This document shows, one piece after another, positions 55,661 to 64,000 of a DNA stretch of 64,000 bases. The translations under genes were made by a program, and so were the position numbers. The notes under the pieces are model-generated. The model ran no database searches and was not told the origin of the DNA. It saw only the letters and a program-made list of their open reading frames with translations. The number at the start of each line of letters is the position of its first letter. The stretch's first letter is position 1. The DNA is from Octopus vulgaris (Eukaryota), in NCBI GenBank assembly GCA_951406725.2, contig OX597836.1, positions 1,116,001 through 1,180,000 on the forward strand. Direction: 5' to 3'.

Positions 55661-56129
55661 GTACTGGTGGCTATTCATTCAACTAAAATTATCTCAAGGC
55701 AGTGCCCCAGTATAGCCACAGTTTAATGACTAAGCAAAAGATAAAGGTAGAAGAATGCACTGAAATCACGACTATGTTTTAGGTTAAGGTTTTAAAGGTA
55801 TTCCCTGTTCATAGTTTAGTATGGAAACCGTTGCAGATCCTTTAGGACAATAAGGTTCCTAAATCTGTCGTCAACATTTGGAAACTTTCACAGCCCCATC
55901 TTCAGGACGTGAAGTGATTTTTGGCGTGTGGAGCTGTATTTAATTTTTTAAGGGTCTCGAATGTGGTTTGGGCTAAACTGATTCGCTGGAATTTGAATTC
56001 TGATAGTTAGATTTGTATGCCCTCAATCACGGGTTTAATTTGTTAAACACACACACACACGCACCTACAACCACACATACACATACACACGTACATACAG
56101 AGGAACAGAAAAACACACGCACACACGTT

Positions 56130-56470
56130 TTTACTTGTTTCAGTCATTTAGCTGTGAGAATCCGAGGTGCAACTTGGGAGGTTTTCCGTCGATCAGCACG
56201 TTGTTGGTTTTGATTTTAAAGCCTGCCGTTCATTTTCTCGAACTTTTTTTTACCGAACTCTAAGTCAGGGATACATAAACAAAGCCAAACTGGTTGTCAA
56301 GCATTGAGCAACGAACAGACAGTTGTTTTCTATCTGTCTTTTGTTCTTTCACCTTCATACACACACACGGTCACTCAGACACACAGACACACATATATAC
56401 GACATGACGGCTATAACGTAAGACACGTGCCCAAGATAACGCGTTGTTGCGTTAAGCGTGAAATCACGTA
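56130..56470 (-). mobile_element. SINE family B, old copy
   Basis: ACTTGTTTCAGTCATTT tail, GGTTGTCAAGC, AGACACGTGCCCAAG. Confidence 0.6.
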
Positions 56471-56729
56471 TTACTGAATGAAGATTTTAGACATAATGTC
56501 TATATTCAATATAATCAGGGCAATAACCTCATAATGCGCATTCAAGAGGCTTCTATACTGATATCGGCTACCATATGCCATCGTACAGCAGAGTTATTCA
56601 GTGAGCTGGATAAACGTGTGGAACTCCCTCAGTGTATAGAATTCATATAAGAATTTATACAAGAAAATGGAATAAACAGATTTTAATTACAACTTATTTG
56701 CAATTAAATGATGTTTATTCAACCTTCTT

Positions 56730-56730
56730 G

Positions 56731-56763
<33 letters not shown>

Positions 56764-56819
56764 CAAGCACACATATTGTATGTATGTATATATATATATT
56801 ATATACAAGCACACATACT

Positions 56820-56871
<52 letters not shown>

Positions 56872-56927
56872 CAAGCACACATACTGTATATATATATACA
56901 TATATTATATACAAGCACACATTTATG

Positions 56928-56966
<39 letters not shown>

Positions 56967-56977
56967 CAAGCACACAT

Positions 56978-57014
<37 letters not shown>

Positions 57015-57132
57015 CAAGCACACATATTGTATGTATATATATATATATATATATATATACAAGCACACATATTGTATGTATGTATATATATATATATATA
57101 TATATTATATACAAGCACACATATTGTATGTA

Positions 57133-57175
<43 letters not shown>
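56730..57175. repeat. Array of 8 TACAAGCACACAT cores separated by variable (TA)n
   Basis: Cores near 56762, 56804, 56870, 56910, 56965, 57013, 57058, 57110. Confidence 0.92.
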
Positions 57176-57179
<4 letters not shown>

Positions 57180-57689
57180 ATATATACATATGCGCACACG
57201 CACACACTTTCGTGTGTGTATCTGGCAACCAAGTAATGCCAGAGGGAATTTGCTGCCAACGTCGTCAGCCAAGCATGAGAGCCAAGAGACAAGATATTCT
57301 CAAAGTAAGAGACCGCACGTGCGAGCACATCATGAAACGAAGGCTGCTGAATTGCCACAAGACAACCTGAACGGTGGAGGAATCAAAATTTTGAAGTGAA
57401 ATAATTTTTCAGAATACCTTAGGAGCGCAACTTACAAACGCGAATCTAGCTGAAAAACTCAATAAAATTAGTTTTTTCTTGTAATTTCATATCGGTGTGT
57501 CTCAGCTAATGACACGCTTTGCTCGATCGTGCCTAGACTTTTGATGAATTCTAATCTGTTTATTGCTCTTGTTTAAACGGCAACGATCAGATATATTTCT
57601 GTGCAGAGTGAATTTCCTCGCAGAAACACTGGCGTATTCTGTGAATATAATATTGTGTTACTGGAATCTTCCCCTTCTATTTTTTAATA

Positions 57690-58319
57690 CCTAAACTGGT
57701 ATATTATGGCATTAAATTTATTAAGTAAATAAGTGATTTATTTATAATATATAAATATATATAAATTAATATATATTTTATATTTTATAATTTAGCGTAC
57801 TTGGAATCATAACAAACTTACGATAAATCTAACAACCGTATGTTTACTTTGCAACAAACCGGTGTTATAAATTTTAAGTTACCCATGAAATATTTATCTG
57901 ACTTAGTAACATACTGATATTTAAAAATATATTTATATCTAAATTAAATATCTTATGAAATGCATGGGTGGTTCTTTTTCGTTATTTGAGGCACAGTTAT
58001 AATTTTGAAGGACTAAATGGTAGCATAGTTGCTTCCCTTTTTGTTTATCTATGTGCTAGTTGTTGCTTGTGATTATGTATGTGTATAAGTGTATGTATAT
58101 ACATATAACTATGTGTGTATGTGCGATTGATCTGTAGATGCGTGTGTGAATATTGGCGTTCCTTGACTAACCAATCGTATAATTTTCTTTTGTGATTTAA
58201 ATTTCAAACCAATAGCCAATCGAATTAATCTAAATTTTCTTTACCTAGTGGTCAGCATTTCTAAACTCATAGTTATTTCGATCTTGAAAGGATGGACTTG
58301 GTGCAAACTTAACTGTATC

Positions 58320-58368
<49 letters not shown>

Positions 58369-59020
58369 ATTAATAGTAATTTTTATTAACTTTTATAGCT
58401 TTAGAATTTTATGAACTGAACCATGGTTTTAATTATTATTTTTCATCTCCCTATGTGTTAGTTTTTTTTAAAAAAAAACTATTAGCCAAATATGTATAAT
58501 ATCGGTACTTATTAATATTAATATATACACTGATATATATTTTGTTTTATTTTGTTCTGTTTACCTTCCTTTATTGTACCAATGAGTATTATATTATATA
58601 AGTGTAGCATTATGATGTATAAGTTTTTATATTTTACATTTTTATATTTTTATATTTATATGTATATGATTATATAATATTTTTCACAATTATAACAAAT
58701 TTAATTTAATTCTCTGAAGAGGCCGTGGGGCATCCTTGTTAATGCCTCATTTATACCTGCCTTTATGGCTTATAGGTTAAATGAGGTATGACTGCCCTCA
58801 CTGCCGAAACAGCTGTCAGTTTTGATTTAATTGCATATTATATTTGAAATTTTTTACTTATATCTCTTTATCTTTTTACTATTACTGTATATCTCATTTT
58901 GTATAATGCCTTTACTCATATGTAATGGTGTATTAAAGTATTGATTGGGTATCATCGGATAGTTGATGTTTTATTGATTTAAGTATGTTTCTCCATTCTC
59001 TAATTTTGTAGTATTATATA
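57690..59020 (+). mobile_element. Decayed Penelope-like element 3' part (endonuclease C-terminus, AT-rich UTR, HHR)
   Basis: W...YDKSNNR/CLLCN remnant (PLE-type RC.LC motif) at ~57800-57860; HHR at 58712-58819; ends in (TA)n. Confidence 0.5.
58712..58819 (+). ncRNA. Hammerhead-ribozyme-like motif with long (~85 nt) stem II
   Basis: CU-CUGAAGA-GGC...GCC-GAAA-CAGCUG-UC-AG; inner helix AUGCCUCAUUUA/UAAAUGAGGUAU; stem I only ~2 bp. Confidence 0.6.
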
Positions 59021-59093
59021 CATACATATATATTTATGTTGTAAATTTAATATAGATACTTATACATACCTACGTACGTACATACATGTACGC

Positions 59094-59434
59094 TTTTACT
59101 TATTTCAGTCATTCGACTGCGGCCATGCTGGAGCACCGTCTTTAGTCGAACAAATCAACCACAGGACTTGCTCTTTGTAAGCCTAGCACCTATTCTATCG
59201 TCTCTTTTGCTGAACCGCTAAGTTGCGAGGACGTAAACACACTAACATCGGTTGTCAAGTGATGGTGGGACGACAAACACAGACCAACACACACACGACA
59301 GGTTTCTTTCACTTTCAGTCTAGTAAATCCCCTCAGAAGGCTTTGGTTGGCCTGAGGCTATAGTAGAAGACATTTGCCCAAGGTGTCATGTGATAGGGAA
59401 CTAAGCTTCTTCACATATAGCCACGCCTGCGCCT
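59094..59434 (-). mobile_element. SINE family B, near full length
   Basis: Head AGGCGCAGGCGTGGCT, tail GGTGCTCCAGCATGGCCGCAGTCGAATGACTGAAAT. Confidence 0.88.
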
Positions 59435-59702
59435 GTAATTGTGTGTGTATATATATATATATATATACGCACTCACACACATACAGGGTATGAGAAGGGG
59501 AATTGGTGTCAAGAAGACCCAAAGGTGTCAGGTAACGCTAAGTGCTATGGATAGACCATGATGATTAAGCTCCAGGTTCGATAATGATACGAATGCGGAG
59601 TCCAACGTGGGCCATATATTAGCATGCATATATATAAATTGACAGAATGAGATAAAAAAATCCAAGGCTGTAAATAGTTTTCAGAATATTTATAAAGAGA
59701 AG

Positions 59703-59750
59703 GTCTTACAGCTGTTTCCGGGATGTTTTATATATCCCTTCATCAGAGAC
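59703..59750 (-). ncRNA. Minimal type I hammerhead ribozyme (PLE type)
   Basis: GUCU-CUGAUGA-A-GGGAU(loop)AUCCC-G-GAAA-CAGCUG-UA-AGAC. Confidence 0.75.
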
Positions 59751-60078
59751 GGCGCGAGAAAATATTTGGGTATTAATTATTGTAAAGAAGATATGAAATA
59801 GAGAGAGAAGTAAGAGAATGAAAATAGAAGTGATATATATATAAGGATATTGTATATCGAACAATGCTGTTTAAAATGCTCCAAGCTTGGAAAGACCAAT
59901 TATAACAACCATTGGAACTCACACACAAGGTACAGGAAACTTCTTCATCACTTATATACACCATTCTACTTGAATAATGGAACTGCAAGTACAATATCTT
60001 TATGTATCTTACTGCTGTTTTCATTCTCCATTCCATATCTTCTCTAGAATAACTATTGCGTAACCATTTTCTCGCACC

Positions 60079-60126
60079 GTCTCTGATGAAGGGATATGTA
60101 AAATATCCCGGAAACAGCTGTAAGAC
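60079..60126 (+). ncRNA. Minimal type I hammerhead ribozyme (PLE type)
   Basis: GUCU-CUGAUGA-A-GGGAUAU-GUAAA-AUAUCCC-G-GAAA-CAGCUG-UA-AGAC: 4-bp stem I, 7-bp stem II, palindromic stem III, GUA cleavage triplet. Confidence 0.8.
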
Positions 60127-60186
60127 ATTTTCTTCATAAATATTCTGAAACCTATTTACAGCCTTGGATCTTTTATCTCAATCTGT

Positions 60187-60231
<45 letters not shown>

Positions 60232-60749
60232 TATATATATATATACTGTTTCTCCTTAGTATATACACAGTAGTGAAAATCTGTTGCTCAACAGATGTCA
60301 ACCTAAAGCTGAAGATTAAAGGAAAACAAAACGCCTATGTTGAATTATTGAGGAATTTACAGCAACTCCACCCGGTTACAAGGTCAGATTTGTACTCGTA
60401 AGTATTGGGAAACTAGGATGAGTAACCAACTGCTTCCGGATCAATCTTGAAAAATTAAGTTTCTCAAAATAAGAGGAAGATAAGTCACTGAAGAAGTTTC
60501 CCTGAACTCGTTTTGTTCTTTTTTTTTCTGTCCACGATTTTAATCGTATCAAGGCAGGAAGTGGTGACTTGTATCTGTTCTTACAGTGTGGAGTAAAAAT
60601 CTGTAGATTTATTCCGTAGAATAGTATAGCATTGAAAGAAAGCACTTTTAACGCACCAATAAATTGTTTAAAGAGTTCAGCTGTGTCAGGGATACGGAAA
60701 TGCGTAAAGAAATAATTAAGGTTATTAATCTAATATATATTTAAAGTAA

Positions 60750-61330
60750 TAGAGATAAGGCTGAGGTAGCCAGGGACTATAATGGGAATGAAGGAAGTCT
60801 TGAAGATGATAAAACGACGAGATAAGCAACACACCATTAATATGATTGCTGATGGAACTGGCAATAATAAACAAATAAAGCTGAGCTTGATAATAAGACG
60901 AATAATAGAGGAATCAGGAAATAAAGAATAATCGGGAAATACAAAGATAAAACTGAAGTTAGCTGCGGTGTAGATAAAACTACGAGTTCTTGTATAAGAC
61001 CTGATGTGCCAATATGTTAAGTGGAATAGGGTGAGGTCAAATGTGATTGGGTTCATGGTGAAAGTACGGTACGGGTGTTTTATAGTCTGTTGAAGGGGTA
61101 TTAATAAGCAAGTAAGCATGTCATAAAGAGGAGGGTATTAAAAACAACCGGGTGTGTATTGAGGCAAAATAACCGCAGTGGATACAGTTGAGAAGACGTC
61201 GTATTTGAGGATGGGTACAAGTTAGGAATGGTGGAAGCGGATATCAGAACAAGATTCTCTGGAAGATCGCAGATTTCTTTAGCATTACTACTAAGTCGTG
61301 AGAGGTTAAAAATATTTAATAATTTCGTCA
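60750..61330 (-). mobile_element. Highly decayed Penelope-like RT
   Basis: Ordered remnants LPENLVLISASTIPNLYPS (cf. LP.N.ILVS.DV.SLY), NPITFD..FH...G, ANF, IRLIIKLSFIC (cf. RYIDDIF.I), LQDFL. Confidence 0.5.
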
Positions 61331-61610
61331 TGTGAGGAAGAGCAGCGGCCTTCCTCACTACCTTTATTTACAAGACTGATGAGAGAAAGCGAAGAAGAAC
61401 TGGCGAACTGCTACGTATTCTTGCAACATACTAGACTCGGCCAAAGGTTTTCAAAAGCGGGAGAAACATAAAATTCCTGATGATTAGCTTGGATTTACAC
61501 CTTCAACCTTCGAGAATAAAATGGCGATTATCTGTCAAATCACACTGTTTGATGTTCAGGATCAAAAGAATAACATTATTTATAAAATCTAGTTTTCAAA
61601 TATATTTTTT

Positions 61611-61842
61611 ATTTCTTTATTGCCCAGAAGGGGCTAAACATACAGGAGACAAACAAGGATAGACAAAGGGATTAAGTCGATTGCATCGACCCCAGTGAGT
61701 AACTGGTATTTATTTAATCGACCCCGAAAGAATGAAAGGCAAAGTCGACCTCGGCGCAATTTGAACTCAGAACGTAACGGCAGACGAAATACAGCTAATC
61801 ATTTCGCCCGGCATGCTAACGATTCTGCCAGCTCTCCGCCTT
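61611..61842 (-). mobile_element. SINE family A, full length
   Basis: Colinear with 4608-4838. Confidence 0.9.
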
Positions 61843-62234
61843 ACTTACAAAAACGTTCGGCACAACGTTGATGATATTACTATTTGTTGAAAACTGTGTA
61901 TTTGCGTAGACTATATTTGTTGAATGGATGCAAAACGGCAGACGAGTAGTTTCTGAAGCAAAAGTCGGGATGCTCACGGATGGACTGCCTTTGAAATTTG
62001 CATGTTAAGTAAATATGTCTGTCTGTCTGTCTGTCTCTGCCTGTCTATCAGTCAGTCAGTCTACCTATCTGTCTGTGTCTCCATACACACACATACATAT
62101 ATACACACATGTACATACATAGATATATACACACACATATAAATACATACATAGATATATACACAAACATGTACATACATACATATATACACACACAAAA
62201 CATATACATATATCTACACACATATGTACACATG

Positions 62235-62280
<46 letters not shown>

Positions 62281-62385
62281 CATATATATAGATACACACA
62301 CATATACATATATATATATATATATATATATGCATACATATGACATATACATAAATATATAATATATATATATACATATGAATAC

Positions 62386-62416
<31 letters not shown>

Positions 62417-62737
62417 CGTATATCTGTATGTACGTATTACATTTAATATATAGAAATATGTATGCACATGCGCGCGCGCGTGTATGTGTTTGAAGCTTGT
62501 TTGATCGTTTTATACAAAGTGGCTGTTGTTGATCTATGTTGGCAAGATCTATACTCTCTCGTAAAATCGATAAAACGAGTATAATGAACTTACCCTGGAA
62601 AATTCAACATTTTGACCAGAGCCTAATTCAGTGAACAGTTCAAGGAACAAAAATTATTCAGTTCTAAATTTAAGAGATGAGGAATTATGTACATTATTTA
62701 CATTTGACAGATATCTGTCCTCATCGTTTTTGTTGCC

Positions 62738-62783
62738 AACACAACCTTTCGGCTGATATACCCTCCAGCCTTCATCAGGTGTT
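62738..62783 (-). ncRNA. Minimal hammerhead-like motif in a short repeat (~62655-62830)
   Basis: AACAC-CUGAUGA-A-GGCUG(loop)CAGCC-GAAA-GG-UU-GUGUU: 5-bp stem I, 5-bp stem II; stem III one base from the palindrome AACGUU. Confidence 0.6.
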
Positions 62784-62849
62784 TTGGGGAAATTTTGAAC
62801 CTGGGTTCTCATTTCTAAGGTATTTTTCGATGTTGTTGTTGTTACTATT

Positions 62850-63490
62850 ATTATCTCCATCTTTCTTTAAATTTTCTTCCATTCCTCGCCGTGTGTTTTC
62901 CGTACACCTAGAGCAGAGAAGCTCATTGTATGCATTCCCAGATTACACACGCAAATTCACAGGTAAAAAAATTAATAAATAAATAAATTCATGTATGGAT
63001 GTTTTCACCGCGATAATGCTCTTCTCGGTACATGAGCCGTTCCAGTTAACACGATTTTTTACACTTCCTGTAGGGATGGTAAGCCTGGTATCACTTTCAA
63101 ATAGGTTTCAGTACCTTTTTTTATCATTCCTAGAGATCCTACAATCATTGGCCCTGTAGTCGCCTTGAGAAGCCACATTTTTTAAAATTTCTACTAGCAA
63201 GTCTTTATATTTACTGACCTTGTCAAATTCTTTCGCCGCTATATTGTGATCGCAAGGAATACTCATGTCAGTTAATAAACACATCCTTTTTTTTGTCTGA
63301 TCTTTTATAATAATATCCGGTTTATTAGCTTTTATAGTTTTGTCGGTCTGTACGGGGAAGTTCCATAGAATCAACACATTTTCTCCCTCAGTCACAGCTT
63401 CAGGATGGTGTTTATACCATTTGTCAGCAGTTTTGATTTTATAATGCCTACATATTGTCCAGTTTAAATACTGGCCGACTTTGTCATGTA
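62850..63490 (-). mobile_element. Dong/R4-type LINE 3' part (RLE domain plus UTR)
   Basis: [16 protein letters not shown]...KWYKHHPEAV...ILWNFPVQTDKTIKANKPDIII...DMSIPCDHNIAAKEFDKVSKYKDL (PD...D/E-K RLE); frameshift downstream; ends at (TAA/CAA)n. Confidence 0.9.
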
Positions 63491-63522
63491 CATATATATA
63501 CGCATATATATATATATATATA

Positions 63523-63586
<64 letters not shown>

Positions 63587-63953
63587 AATATAATTAAATA
63601 TATGTATAAATATGCATATACATATATGTGTGTATATTTGCAGACCTTTACACTTACTCATACATACATATATTTGTTTACGAGTATATATATATCGTCA
63701 TCTATGGTTATGAATATATGTTACAGTATATTTCTGTGTGTCCATGTGTGAAGACTGATAAATACATTGATAGACATATAGATGGCTGCATACACACGCG
63801 CGCATGCGCACAGACACACACACACGTGTTTCCATAAATTTAGTAAATTTAAGGGAAATTGAGCAATCGTGCGAGAGAATGACGAAGCGAGAGAGAGAGA
63901 GAGAAATATATAGAGAGATAGAAAGAGAGAGGGAAAGAAAGGGAGAGAGAAAT

Positions 63954-63994
<41 letters not shown>

Positions 63995-64000
63995 AAGAGA

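Larger units (their letters stand above)
59635..60193. mobile_element. Penelope-like inverted-pLTR element (arms 59635-59854 and 59990-60193), one HHR per arm
   Basis: Arms are imperfect reverse complements (AAATTGACAGA...AATTT ends); spacer has an FFI..Y.P..LN-like PLE endonuclease end; flanked by (TA)n/(CA)n. Confidence 0.8.

Noticed and set aside
56730-57175. Repeat-spacer array as CRISPR
   Set aside because: Spacers are just (TA)n of variable length

Overview
AT-rich eukaryotic, almost entirely non-coding DNA. The microsatellite load ((TA)n, (CA)n, (GA)n, (TAA)n, (TATC)n) and the tRNA-derived SINE families resemble an octopus or other coleoid cephalopod genome; this is inference from pattern recognition, not a database match. 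I cannot support any intact protein-coding gene. Nearly all tracked ORFs, including the 1019-aa one, are translations of microsatellites. The window holds many SINE copies from at least 3 families, decayed LINEs (Hero, Dong/R4, RTE, CR1/L2-type), Penelope-like (PLE) remnants, a small Helitron, a Tc1/mariner MITE and a 39-bp minisatellite. Most notable: (1) about 7 hammerhead-ribozyme-like motifs (CUGANGA...GAAA...UH), several with palindromic stem III, two of them in the arms of a ~560-bp inverted-repeat PLE-type element; (2) an 838-bp near-perfect palindrome made of a LINE 3' fragment plus microsatellite, with asymmetric divergence; (3) a LINE and a SINE sharing a 3' tail whose stem-loop shows compensatory changes; (4) weak candidates for minus-strand first exons, suggesting the window may be the long 5' intronic region of a gene running leftwards.
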